In this document: in pieces, positions 1 to 14,283 of the stretch
How the letters are laid out: every line of letters starts with the position of its first letter
How positions within the stretch are numbered: position 1 is the stretch's first letter
Origin: Penicillus capitatus
Taxonomy: Eukaryota > Plantae > Chlorophyta
Length of the DNA stretch: 64,000 nt
NCBI GenBank assembly: GCA_965649825.1
Contig: OZ287710.1
Location: forward strand, 248,001-312,000
Reading direction: 5' to 3'
Notes under the pieces: model-generated
What the model was told of the DNA's origin: nothing
Seen by the model: only the letters and a program-made list of their open reading frames with translations
Databases searched by the model: none
Program-made: the position numbers and the translations under genes

Positions 1-373
1 TGCCCGCAACGAAGAAGCGTCTGGCGGATGCCATCGCCAGTATCAAACAGGTTGTGCCAGTCAGTATCGAGAAGAATTACTGGGTGAAAGCACGGGAAGG
101 GCTCCGTCTTCAGGCAGGCACCATGCGATTTGATCTGAACACCATCGCCTCGTCTCTGGGAGACAGAGCCTCGCAAAAGGCAGCACGCAAAAAAGCAGAC
201 AACTTTTTCGTTATTGTATATAATCTTCAGTCTCACTCTTTTATAGAAGTGTGAGATTCGTGTGGGTATAGGTGGAGGAGCTGGACAATGCATTGCGCAA
301 AAAGGATCAAGAAGCAGCTGTCGAGGCCTATCAGAAGACCGTGGCTGCGTTGGATACACTCAACCTTGGATGA
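1..373 (+). CDS. PSBQ: Oxygen-evolving enhancer protein 3 (PsbQ), 5'-truncated by the window edge
   Basis: YWVKAREGLRLQAGTMRFDLNTIA, then a GT-AG intron (216-271), then VEELDNALRKKDQEAAVEAYQKTVAALDTL-stop; resembles the chlorophyte PsbQ C-terminus. Confidence 0.85.
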
Positions 374-800
374 GGTTTTGACTCGTACCAGAGAGAGGAG
401 AATTTTGAAACGCCCTTATCTCTCAACCCATTACAATACGTTCCTTTGAGGTTTCTCCCATTGACGATTGTTTTGAGCCGTACTTTGTGTAAAGCGCGTC
501 TGGGTTCGTGCAACACACTACGTACCTGATGACGGCCTGACGCAGCTCCAAGACAAGAAATGGCTCAAACTGTGCGAACTGCACATGCATCCAGAGAGAA
601 CTTTATCGTCCGTCGGTCAGTCGGTGTCGACATGCAATTTGCAAGTCGTTCAAACGATGTGCCATTGGTTTCGGCAGATGAGCCTCTGCAGCAAGTTCAC
701 ACAAAGTCTCGCGATCGACAGAAGCCATCATCATCGCCACAGACATACGGATTACCATCCTCCTAGAGTCGATCTCCGTGCGATTGACTGTCCATTACTC

Positions 801-816
801 AAAAAAAAAAAAAAAA
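801..816 (+). repeat. A16 homopolymer run
   Basis: Directly visible between PSBQ and the Maf gene. Confidence 0.9.
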
Positions 817-954
817 GAAAACACAAACTCTGAAGCATAGCACTTCGTTTTCTTGGAGGCCTTACATCTTTTACAGTTGTTGGTTGGCGTGGGAGAATAG
901 CAATGATGAGCGAACGGAGTGGTGGTTGCATGCAGTGCGTCGTATTGATGGACG

Positions 955-1584
955 ATGATTGTGAAGCACCTCGATCACTTGACTCAGCGACGCATCGTTC
1001 TGGCCTCTCAGTCGCCTCGACGCGAACAGCTTTTATCTCTGATCGGCTTAAAGGCGCGAAAATACCCGTCGCGTTTTGAAGAGACGTTGCAGCCAAGGGA
1101 CTTTCCATCGCCTGCGCACTATGCCATCGAGACTGCAAAGCACAAGGCGATCGACGTCGCGGCCTCGCTTCCTGATCTGTATGATCTGATCATTGCCGCA
1201 GACACGGTCGTCGAAATCGAGGGCGACGTGCTGGAGAAGCCCCAAGACAATGCGGATGCTCTGCGGATGCTCATGCGTCTATCGGGCCGTCAGCATCGCG
1301 TCTACACCGGTGTCGTGCTCATGTTGCCTTCTTCGATCGAGCAGCCCGATCTCGAAACATTTTCTGCCGAAACGCAAGTCTGGTTTGACGATTTCGATCG
1401 CGAAGAGGCATTGGCATACATCCAAACAGGAGAGCCAATGGACAAGGCAGCGAGTTACGGGATTCAAGGCTACGGCAGTTTGCTGGTGAAAAAAATCGAT
1501 GGATGTTACTTCAATGTCATGGGTCTACCCCTACACTCCTTGGCACAACATCTCAAGAAACTCATCGAAGCGCAGCGGCTTTAA
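955..1584 (+). CDS. Maf/ASMTL-type dTTP/UTP pyrophosphatase
   Basis: Single exon, 209 aa; motifs IVLASQSPRR, IIAADTVV, LEKP, LSGRQH, DKAASYGIQ, NVMGLP. Confidence 0.92.
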   Translation: MIVKHLDHLTQRRIVLASQSPRREQLLSLIGLKARKYPSRFEETLQPRDFPSPAHYAIETAKHKAIDVAASLPDLYDLIIAADTVVEIEGDVLEKPQDNADALRMLMRLSGRQHRVYTGVVLMLPSSIEQPDLETFSAETQVWFDDFDREEALAYIQTGEPMDKAASYGIQGYGSLLVKKIDGCYFNVMGLPLHSLAQHLKKLIEAQRL

Positions 1585-3241
1585 GGATGAGACATGTGTT
1601 GGCGGAGAAGGGGAAGGAGGTGTGGGGGGAAACTGTCCCAAGTGGCCCGACGGTTATCACATTCGGGATCGTAACATCGTTGCTGATACTTTAGATACTG
1701 AAGATCGACTAAGTAGTACACATGGTTGCTTTTGTGTGCACGTCCAATGCGAAGGCAGTAGTGTGATCCAGGTCCAACAACGTTGTACGAGACCATGCCG
1801 TCGTACCCCAGAAGCAGAACCTTCGTCACCTGTCACATCACAGAATGCTCCCGTGTCTTGAAGGAATTTGGGAAGTGCGTCACAGTGGCAGGTAATTGAG
1901 AGATGTGATGGATGAGGTTTTCGAGGACCGGAATGCAGGAGATGGCACGTTGTTCATAGTAACAGGGTCCGTGATCGACTTGAGACTTCTGCTGAAGCTC
2001 CACCGATCGTCCCAAAAACGGCACTGCCTTGTTGGCAGTACGAAGAACGGAACATGAGCTGCCTCGCTGCCAAGAAAACAAACCCGTTGCGATCACCACT
2101 GTGTCAGCTAGAAGCTACTCGGAAGCTGTCCATATCGTCTGTCACGTCAAGCAGATGTGTGCCCGGAATCACGTTGCCGATCAGGGAAAGATACAGAAGC
2201 CGTTGCGTGTGCCTCTTCCCCGAGGCTGTGTACTTTGCCAGCGAGAATCGCCGAGTCGGTTTCAACGGATTCTTCTTTCCATGCTTCGAACACCACAGCA
2301 TACGGAACGATCGATTCCTACAACCCATTCTCACACATTCACCACACACCTCTCACACATCCATCACACTTTGTATAGACCCCTTCATCGATAAAGCACC
2401 CCGTTCCAGACGCTTTCTGCACCGTGAATGTCGACGGCGGCACCCGGGAAAGAATCTCCTCTGTGATCCTCTTGATCTGAGTATTGCTCCGGAAAGCGTG
2501 GTCCTTAAGACGGACGATGAGATGTCTGGAGAGTTTGGTCTCCGTCGAGGCATCCATTTCCATCACGAAGGCATTCCTCAACGATAGGTTCCATCGTCGT
2601 TGCAACACCTTGTCCAATTCGTTCAAGAGTGTCTCCACCATGGCATTGCCATCCAGATGCTGATTGAATTCTCTTTGGTATTCAAGATCGAAGTACAAGT
2701 GGCAAGGGAGATCCTCTTCGAGGATTTCGTAGTAATGTACATCGCGAAGCTGCCGCGAAGCCATACGTTTCCACAAGGACATATAATCCGTCGCAAAAAA
2801 TGTCCAGATCGAACGCGTTCCATCTGCGCTCCGTTTCTCTTCGCTAAAGACACGGATCGGCCTCAGAACGGCCTCGTCATTGCCTTCAGCACCAAACGCT
2901 GTGTCTCTCGGTCGCCTCGGTGTGACATAGACGACGTCTCGCAGGGCGTCGGTCATTTCGCTTAAGTACTGGCCTTTGATATCTTCGCCGGCAGGCGGCG
3001 CCGACACAAGACGTCGCTCGATCGTCTTGGATCCAGAGCACTCGCGTGTCGCCCGTGTATTGTGTTTTCTCGTTTCCTGTATTGCAGGAAGCAGTCGATC
3101 AAACCGTTCGAATCGTCCTCGGATGCTCTCCATCCAGGGCCACGTCTCTTTCCACACCGGATAGTCGATACCCAACGTCGCGTCCTCTTCATCCAAACGC
3201 AGACGCAACGTGTTTTCTTGACCCGATACAGGGCGGTGCAT
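1581..3241 (-). CDS. PRIMPOL: DNA primase-polymerase PrimPol (3 introns; start uncertain)
   Basis: AEP motifs HYYEIL, LYFDLE, KLSRH and IDEGVYTK|NRSFR; C-terminal zinc finger YCLRIGRAHKSN...QRCYDPEC. Confidence 0.9.
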
Positions 3242-3340
3242 TTCTTTGAAGACGCAGAGCGTGATAAGGGCAAGAACACGTGAACGGACCAAGTTCTCAG
3301 TCAGACACGTCGAGCCGTTAGACGAAGTACTGCCAGCACG

Positions 3341-4584
3341 ATGGGCATCATTATCGCCGCGATGGCGTCGTCTCTCGATCGAGCTGCATCACCGAACAGA
3401 AATGAAGCTCCGCTGGCCGAACACGTCTCGTCAAAGCGCGAAGGGATTTTCGCCGAAGAAGCCGATGTTCTGCACAAAAGGCAGAGACAGGAGGAGCCGT
3501 TGACGACAGCGCAGACCGAAGTGCAGTTACCACCAGTCGCTGTGAATGGCGGGGTGGATGTTTCTTTGCCTGACCTTGGCTCCCCACCCTTACCTTTGGC
3601 CGTCACGATGTCTAGACTCGACAAGGCATCGACCATTCATCTCGCAGAATGCCTCATGAAAGTCACATCCACCAAAGGATACCGAACCGTGTGGCCATCT
3701 AGAGAGATGAGACCATCGCTGATGAATGCACTTAGGCAAGGGCAACGCATGGCGTGACGGAAGGAACGTGGTACTTTGAAGTGACGGTTGAATACTTGGG
3801 CGAAACTGGACATTGTCGAGTGGGATGGGCAACCAAACAGGCACATCTCCACGCACCGGTTGGCATCGCAGGGTCATCCATACCAGCCACCACAACCTGT
3901 TTGTGTAGGTCGGCTTCGATCGACACGGCTACAGTTACAGAGACATTGAAGGTACAAAGGTATGTTTCACTACAGAATACTGTTGTCTGCCTCATACTGA
4001 AGTGGAGCGACCCTTTGGCAGCAACACAAGGCGGAGAGGCAGACATATGGATCACCTTTTGCGGCTGTCTGCTTTGTATACTGGTAGTGTCTGGCTTGAG
4101 TGATCAGTTCTTAGGGTGATGTGATTGGCTGTTTGATCCATTTGCCGTCCAAGTCCAGTTCTGCTGTTGAGGATGGGCAACTCGTCCCGGCGACACAGGG
4201 AGATCAGCTGTTGCCGCATAGCTTCGTTGGTTTCTTCAAGAATGGCCAGTATCAAGGCATAGCTTTCGAGTCTGTGAAGCTTCTCACACTTTTGGGCCGT
4301 TTATTCATGTGTGACCGTTTGTAGGGAGATCCTTGAAGGGACGTACTATCCAGCCGTGTCCATGTTCACACGACCGGAGCAAAATCGCGGCGTCACTCTT
4401 TCTCTCAATTTTGGTTCGGAAAATTCACAATCCATCAATTTCATACGAACAGCATGTCATGTCATCAGGTCCAGAGTTTCTCTACATTCCATCTGGCGAT
4501 TCGATGGAACTCGCAGCAGATCCATGCCCGTTAAGCGAGATGGTATTGTTCAACAAAAAGGAGACACTTTCTTCGGGCCCATGA
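3341..4584 (+). CDS. ASH2L: COMPASS subunit ASH2/TRAUCO (SPRY domain), 5 introns
   Basis: Spliced: KGYRT|[61 protein letters not shown]. Confidence 0.88.
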
Positions 4585-4980
4585 TTGTATCACATGTGTA
4601 TCATTGTCGCTTCGTAAACATATCATTGTTGCTTTCACAGTCAAGCGGAAGACGGTAACGGCGTCTTCCGTGAAGACACACAGTTTGACAGATGACGCAC
4701 ATTGAAGAGAAACGGACACACGCATTGAATGGGGCGATGCACATAGGTTCTTTGTTGTGCAAATCTTTGCTCAAAGATGCAAAAGACAGGAGAAAAGGGA
4801 AAACAAGAAGAAAAACAGAATGGATATGCTGGGTTGAAGCTCAGCAATTATCCGAACAAGGCACACCCTCACCGTAAAATAAGAAGAATCAGTAAAGTCC
4901 CAAAAAATCGAAGGCTAACTACACGTCGTACGTACGCATCGAGTACAATATAATGATACGTCAAAAAACAGCGTCACTTT

Positions 4981-7413
<2,433 letters not shown>

Positions 7414-7553
7414 TTTCGCGTTCGCTGACGCTGAGTCGCCGTCAAAAGCAGAGTTACAAAACAAAGAACTTCGGCTACGAATGTCCGCGGCTGCGTCGCG
7501 AACAGAGTCATGATGAGAAATTCGTACGTCACATCACGTCATCGTTTCGCTGG

Positions 7554-9150
7554 TCACCCTCGAAGCATGGTGACCACGCTTTCGAGCGCAAGCTTGAGAC
7601 TGAATTCGTACGAGGCTGCTAGATTCATGACGCTCTCCTGACCGTCTGGCAAGAAGGAGACCGTTTCTGCAGACAATCGCAAAGTTGACGACGTCAATCG
7701 CACGGATCACGATACCGCTGGGTGTCATGCGCTTCTTGCTGACGATCGGCATCGACGGCGTCAGTGTCTGAGAAGGGATACGAATGATGTCTTGAGCAAA
7801 CAGCATGTCTGCAGCGGGATGTGCCGTGAAGGCGATCACAGGCGTTCCCAGTCGTTTGGCTTCTAATGCCAGTGCACTGATCTGCGAAAAGAGTGAGACC
7901 GCGACAGGTGTGATGCAGAGCATGCGAAAAATCGATACCGTGCTGTAGAAACTGGGTCCTGCGGAGACGAGGAAGACGTCGTCCTCTGCGATCTGTGGCA
8001 TCGACACATCCGTCAGACAGAATGCATCCATGCCCAGTTCATTGAGACTGTGCGCAAAGGCTTGCAATGCGAGGCCTTCGACGCCGACGCCATGACAGAT
8101 GACACAGCGTGCATTGCGCAGCGTTCGGCACAACGACTGCATCTCCCGGCTGTCGATGCCTGTCATCACCGACGAAATCTCGGCAACGACAGAATCCACA
8201 ATCTCGCCAAAATGCTGCATCTCCTGTCGAGAAAGAGTGAGAAAAAGAGTGAGTTCAACAGAAAGCGACTTCTTCCAATCGCCCTTCTCTCGGTCGTTTG
8301 TCAATCGGCGGGTTTTTATCTGGAGGATGTTTGGTGCGTGTGCTTCCCCCCTGCAGCAGAGTCCTGTATGAGGAACACAACCCGCAGGTCTGTGTGCATC
8401 GACTTTGTTGATGCCCCCTGTCTTCGTTGAGCGATTTCTCAGCCATGCAGAAAGCTGATCGCTGGTAACATCTCCGTTGTGTTGTAAAGCAGTCAAGAGT
8501 TTTCGACGAGGGATCGGATTGCCTGAACACCATGCACGCATCGTTCCACGCGATCGACGGCGGAAGGAGAAGGCACTTGAGTTCAGGTAGTCATCGAGGA
8601 CGCGTAATTGGTCATTGTTTGGCTTCCATTTCGTTCTCTTTGGAGTCCCCCTTCTGCTTCTCGATAGCTCCGGCAAGACATCCACCATTTCATCGTCTTC
8701 AGGCAAAACCCACTTGGGTGTTTTTAACTGCTCCAGTGTCGAGGATGATCGTTCCGGCAAAATCTCGTCAATCAGTGCATTCACGTCTCTTGCTATTTTA
8801 TTCGACTGTCCATCGGAGATCCCATCTTAACAGATCGAATGCAGATTGGGAGGATGGCTTACAGGTATATCCACGGGATCCGTTGGTCCGATATTTTTGA
8901 CAAGGCCGTGGCAAAAGGTCGTTTCTTGATGAAGCTTTTCTTCTGGTGATGGGCTTTGTTGTATCGCCGAGACCTTTGACAATGCTCCCGGAAGATGCTC
9001 TGTTGGTATTTGGGCCAATGGATGGACGGTAGGATTCCTTCCCGTTCTGTTCACGTTCCTATGAAAATCATCCAGGTACAGCAATTCCTGCATGCCGCCC
9101 TCCACAACGTTATCAAAACCGATCATGTCTGACAAATGCGTTTGTATCAT
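7554..9150 (-). CDS. Homeodomain-like (WOX-like) plus SIS (HxlB/plant SIS-type) fusion protein, about 7 introns
   Basis: KRTKWKPNNDQLRVLDDYLNS|SNPIPRRKLLTALQHNGDVTSDQLSAWLRNRSTK, followed in the spliced frame by CHGVGVEGL, DDVFLVSAGPSFYST, VIAFTAHP, VMNLAASYEFSL. Confidence 0.7.
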
Positions 9151-10007
9151 CTACACGACCGACCACACACAAAGGAGATCAGCCACCTCCACTTTTGCCA
9201 ACCGTGCGTACTTCGGAATAGAGCTGCTGGGCACTTGGCCCGTTGGTGTCCGTAAGGACGTTACTATTCGGTAAGTCACGGTCTGACGGAGTTCCGCCAC
9301 AGTGTTGCATACTGGCGCGATATCAGAAAGAATGAAATGTCATAAGGCGCAGCAACAAACGCGCGAATGCTCTTGTTCGATACTCAGCCACTAGACAACG
9401 CCAAACTCCATAAGGGCGTCGGGATGGGGAGAATATGCCGGATGCGTTGACCCAACTAAAATCGGCCACCGTCGTTAGGTTCGGTAAACGGCGGCACTAG
9501 GTCAGGACGCCGAACAGTTTTTCCCTTGGTTGAACCGTTCGCATCTTGAGCATTGCCGTGGCCGTCACCGCGGAGAGAGCAACGGAAGAGTGGCGATAAA
9601 CGCCATCGAGACAGGGCATCAAAACGTTCGCGTTCGCTGCGAGGCCTACCTGAAGCAACGCGTGTGATCCACGACTTGGCTTGAGAGGAAAACGTGTTGG
9701 AAACACAAAATTCCGCGCGGAAACAGATAGCGACCATTGTGTTGGTCATGGATACCATCACCGCAACCGTCGAGCCATGGAAGCCGATAGCCGCCATATA
9801 CTCCATCTTTCCTTTCACCGATACATCGACAGTGCTCGCGGTCGTGCCGTATTTGCCAATCTATGCCTGGCCGCCGCCAACTCGACATGCGGTGCAACAT
9901 CAGCGACAAGGACTGAGGACCATTGTTTACGAAAGGACGTTTCATTAGGGGACACGTCGATCGATCCGTCTCGATTTTCGCTCGTTCGATTCTCTTGTTG
10001 CGCAGAC

Positions 10008-12177
10008 ATGTGGTGGCACATAGCTCTTCGGCGCAATTGTTTGGCATGGCTGTTGCTATTGGCGACGACCGTCGAGTACGGAAACGCCTTCTATCTCCCC
10101 GGCGTCACGCCTCGTGATTTCCAGAAGGTACTTGAGAATAACATCTCCTCGACTCTTGAACTGCATATCTTGGTTGATGGTGTCAGGGAGAGAGCATGAC
10201 CGTCCGCGTCAATAAACTGATGTCAACGAAGACACAGTTGCCTTATGAATACTATTCACTTCCTTACTGCCAACCACAAGACATGAAATCTTTCTCTTCG
10301 AATCTCGGTCAGAAACTCAGAGGCGATCTCATCGAAAACTCACCATACACGGTGAGACCACAGTATGACGGTTCGTGCGTTGTTGATGTCGCTGTTGTGT
10401 GACGCATAGTTTAAGATGCGCACGAATGAGCAATGCAGATATCTCTGCCGAATCGAGCATCTGGCCGAAGACGATGTCAAGCTCTTCCACTCACGCATCG
10501 ATGATGACTACCGAGCCACGATGCAAGCATCCCTCCCTATCCCATGACCATCGCTAAAGGTCCTGATGATTGTGACAGGATTTTGGACAATTTGCCTTTG
10601 GCTACGGCCCTTGCACATCGAGACAATGGCAATCAGATGAAGCTCTATGCTCGGGGTTTCTTGATCGGAGGCAAAGAAGGAGAAGGAGACAATGCTGTTT
10701 ACTACCTGAACAACCATCTGCAGTTTAAAGTGCTCTACAACGTCGATGCCAAATCGGATCAAGCACGTATCGTGGGATTCGAAGTGCAACCATTCAGTGT
10801 GGAGCACATCTATGAGGGTTCCTTCCAAGATCTTGGAAACAGCACCAAACTGAAGACCTGCAATCCCGATAAAGATATCTATGTCTCGGCGTCGTCTTCT
10901 GCGGGACGTCAGCGCATTGAACCTGGTGCCGAAGTCGTTTTCACCTATGGCGTGACGTTTGAGAACAGCAGCATTCCGTGGTCATCCAGATGGGATGCCT
11001 ATCTAATGATGGTGGATGATCAGGTGCATTGGTTCTCCATCGTCAACTCCGTTATGATCGTCCTGTTTCTCTCCGGCATGGTCGCCATGATTATGTTAAG
11101 AACCTTGCATCGAGACATCGCTGCGTACAACGAAATGCAGACCGCCGAAGAGGCCATTGAAGAATCTGGCTGGAAACTGGTAAGCTCGATGTCACGCCGC
11201 CATTTCTCACGATCGCTCTCCTGCCTGCCACGATATAGGTGTGTGGAGATGTTTTTCGTCCACCCACTCAACCGTCTCTGCTCTCGTCATACGTGGGCGT
11301 GGGAACGCAGATTCTGGGTATGTCTTTTGTGACCATGATCTTTGCCGTGCTCGGATTGCTCTCGCCTGCCAACAGAGGCGCTCTGATGACAGCCATGCTG
11401 GTGCTCTTCGTCTTCATGGGATACTTTGCTGGCTACTACTCTGCTCGCATCTACCGATGTCTCAAAGGAACGGAGTGGAAGAAGACAACCGCCACGACAG
11501 CCTTTCTCTTTCCGGGAACCATTTTCGGCATTTTCTTCACTCTCGATATCTTTCTCTGGTATGAGCAGTCCACAGGTGCCGTGCCCTTTGGCACGCTCTT
11601 CTCTCTGTGTTTTCTGTGGTTTGGCATTTCGGTGCCGCTCGTCTTCCTTGGCTCTTTTCATGGAGCCAAGGCGCCGGCGATCGATTTTCCTGTACGAACC
11701 AATAAGATTCCGAGACAGGTGCCAGAACAGCCTTGGTACATGCGACCTGTCCTTTCCTGTCTCATTGGGGGAATCCTGCCCTTTGGAGCTGTGTTCATTG
11801 AGCTGTTTTTTATTCTCTCCTCCCTTTGGCTTCACCAATTCTATTACCTCTTTGGCTTCCTCTTCCTCGTTTTCTGCATTCTGGCCGTCACATGTGCCGA
11901 GATCTCTATGGTCCTCTGCTATTTCCAGCTGTGCAGTGAAGATTACCATTGGTGGTGGCGATCTTACTTTACGTCGGGATCCTCTGCACTCTATCTCCTG
12001 CTCTACTCTGCCTACTACTATACAAAGCTGGACATTCATGGATTCGTTTCGACGTTGCTCTACTTCGGTTATATGCTGATCATTACCTATGGCTTCTTCT
12101 GCCTTACGGGGACTATCGGCTTTTTTGCCTGTTTCTGGTTCGTCCGCAAGATTTACGCGGCCGTCAAGTTTGATTAG
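10008..12177 (+). CDS. Transmembrane 9 superfamily member (TM9SF/EMP70/TMN)
   Basis: Signal peptide plus AFYLPGV; VNKLMSTKTQLPYEYYSLPYC; ILDNLP; QVHWFSIVNS; EESGWKLV; SPANRG; C-terminal RKIYAAVKFD. Confidence 0.95.
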
Positions 12178-12258
12178 ACGTACGTCTGTTGTCAGTCGAT
12201 GTCGCCGACGACGTAGTGAATCGAATTGAACGGGTTCCGTCGCCGCCCATCTCTTTCT

Positions 12259-12975
12259 ATGTTGCGTCGCGTTGTGCCGAGCGCACTGTCGCTTCGAGGG
12301 CTCCTCTCCGCGATGTCCTCGACCCAACACGGGGTCCAGACAACAGCCTACGATATCGGCAGCTCGACAAATATCAAATGGCATGAAGGCGGCGTCTCGA
12401 GAACGGCCAAGGAGGAGCTCCTCAATCAGAAAGGATGCGTTCTCTGGTTTACTGGACTCAGTGGCTCAGGCAAAAGCACCGTGGCCTGTACCCTCGAACA
12501 CGCATTGCGTGAACAGGGCAAAGCGACGGTGCTGTTGGACGGCGATAATATCCGTCATGGACTGAATTCGAATTTGGGTTTCTCTCCTGAAGACAGGGAA
12601 GAGAATATTCGAAGAATTGGCGAAGTGGCAAAGCTCTTTGCAGAGAACGGCCTTTTGACACTTGTGAGCTTCATCTCTCCTTATCGTCGCGACCGAGAAC
12701 GTGTCCGAGAGCGTTGTGGAAGCAAAGATTTTATCGAAGTGTTCATGAAGATTCCGCTCGATGTCTGCGAAGAGCGCGATCCCAAAGGACTTTACAAGGC
12801 AGCACGAGCTGGTAAGATTAAGGGCTTCACTGGAATTGATGATCCGTATGAAGAGCCCGAAGCCCCGGAGCTGACATTAGAAGTAAAAGATGCGAAAGGA
12901 GACATGAATTCGCCTCAAGTCATGGCTGCCGAAATACTATCGTATCTATCTTCTCATCACTACCTCAAAAGCTAA
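12259..12975 (+). CDS. Adenylyl-sulfate (APS) kinase with a short N-terminal targeting-like extension
   Basis: [52 protein letters not shown]. Confidence 0.96.
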   Translation: MLRRVVPSALSLRGLLSAMSSTQHGVQTTAYDIGSSTNIKWHEGGVSRTAKEELLNQKGCVLWFTGLSGSGKSTVACTLEHALREQGKATVLLDGDNIRHGLNSNLGFSPEDREENIRRIGEVAKLFAENGLLTLVSFISPYRRDRERVRERCGSKDFIEVFMKIPLDVCEERDPKGLYKAARAGKIKGFTGIDDPYEEPEAPELTLEVKDAKGDMNSPQVMAAEILSYLSSHHYLKS

Positions 12976-12999
12976 TCATGGACAGCGATGGAGGAGGCT

Positions 13000-14283
13000 T
13001 TAATGAGAAGATTCACTGACAAGTGTTTCCAGTTTTGAATAGGTATCTGCAATGTGTTTGACAACGGGCATCCCTTCGGCATCGATCCATCGTCGTGTGA
13101 CTTGGATGTGGGTGTGGGCCAGGAGGGGAATGAAGGTACCGTGGAAGGATATGTCGATGCGACACCAAGGCATGCTCTGCAGTCGTTGCAACATGAACTC
13201 CACCATCGCGCGTTTCTTCTTCCAGTCATCTGGCAAAGTGGAGGAGAGATCGACCTCTTCCGGCGGCGCCTTCGTCGACAACCCCTGCTGCGGCGTATCC
13301 ATGCGATAGGAGACGGAACTGCTGAGAGGCTCAGCAACAGCGGCAGGCAACTCTGAAAGATACCGGAGAGAGGCATTGGCCCAGCTGACTAACGCATCTT
13401 GCTGTACATTAGCGTAACATGTCCGAGATTGAAAAGATCTGAGTGCTGAGAGAAAGTACCCTTCATCTGGCAAATCGTGTACCAGACGGCAGAGAAGCGG
13501 CATCTCAACCTGGTCTCCATCGCGCTTCCCATCCATCAGGAACAGCTGTCGACCTGTAAGACGGTAGATGCGTGACATGACAAACGGCGCAATGCGTGTT
13601 ATGAGGGGACGCAGCACGGAATATCCCATCCACGGTATGGCTTGACTCCAGTTGAACAATGGCACCTGTGCCTCTCCCTCCAAAGCACAGCCGAGATGTG
13701 GCGAGGCAATGGAGAGATAGTGCCGGGGCTTAAGGCCAAAAATCGTCTTTTTTTCTGGATCGTAGTGCACCCCGCAGGCGTATCGACTGATCAGTCCTCC
13801 CATCGAATGGACCAAGAACGAGATCTCACTGAGTTGTGGACAGGATCTGATAACGTTCTGAATTTCATCGGAGAGTCTCTTGGCACAGGAACAGATGCCT
13901 CCAAAGGTCTGCAGACGGCGGTTGGCATGACTGGCGTAGAATACCGATTGACTGGCGGGACCATCGAACGATGACATGAGCTGTTTCTTGAGCACGTTCC
14001 AGTTGGTGGGTGCACCGTTCAGACCATTGACCATGACAATAAGGTGTCGGGCATGACTTCGATCGTGTCCCCTTTCCACAAAGAAGGTATCGAGCCTGAC
14101 GCGTTCGACGTCTACTCCAGGAGGCATTGCCACGTCAACGCGGGGAGGTGGTCGACGGAGACGCTTCGGAAAACGAACGACGCCGCGGGACGAGGGACCG
14201 GTACAGTAAATGGAAACGCTTTTATAAGGAGGCCGTCTTTCAGGTAGGCGTAGGCTCTTTACTGGCTGATACCGCTGTAGCAT
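13000..14283 (-). CDS. DUF676/ROG1-type putative lipase (alpha/beta hydrolase), single exon
   Basis: HLIVMVNGLNG, ISFLVHSMGGLISRY, SIASPHLG, TGRQLFL, FQSRTCYAN...D. Confidence 0.85.
   Translation of the reverse strand: MLQRYQPVKSLRLPERRPPYKSVSIYCTGPSSRGVVRFPKRLRRPPPRVDVAMPPGVDVERVRLDTFFVERGHDRSHARHLIVMVNGLNGAPTNWNVLKKQLMSSFDGPASQSVFYASHANRRLQTFGGICSCAKRLSDEIQNVIRSCPQLSEISFLVHSMGGLISRYACGVHYDPEKKTIFGLKPRHYLSIASPHLGCALEGEAQVPLFNWSQAIPWMGYSVLRPLITRIAPFVMSRIYRLTGRQLFLMDGKRDGDQVEMPLLCRLVHDLPDEGYFLSALRSFQSRTCYANVQQDALVSWANASLRYLSELPAAVAEPLSSSVSYRMDTPQQGLSTKAPPEEVDLSSTLPDDWKKKRAMVEFMLQRLQSMPWCRIDISFHGTFIPLLAHTHIQVTRRWIDAEGMPVVKHIADTYSKLETLVSESSH

Noticed and set aside
380-950. Possible small gene or retro-inserted piece around the A16 run; a minus-strand stretch FAQFEPFLVLELRQAVI looks exon-like
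   Set aside because: No consistent start, splice chain or target-site duplication could be built
9200-10000. Several overlapping 70-170 aa ORFs between HD-SIS and TM9SF
   Set aside because: No homology recognised and no coherent exon chain; left unresolved
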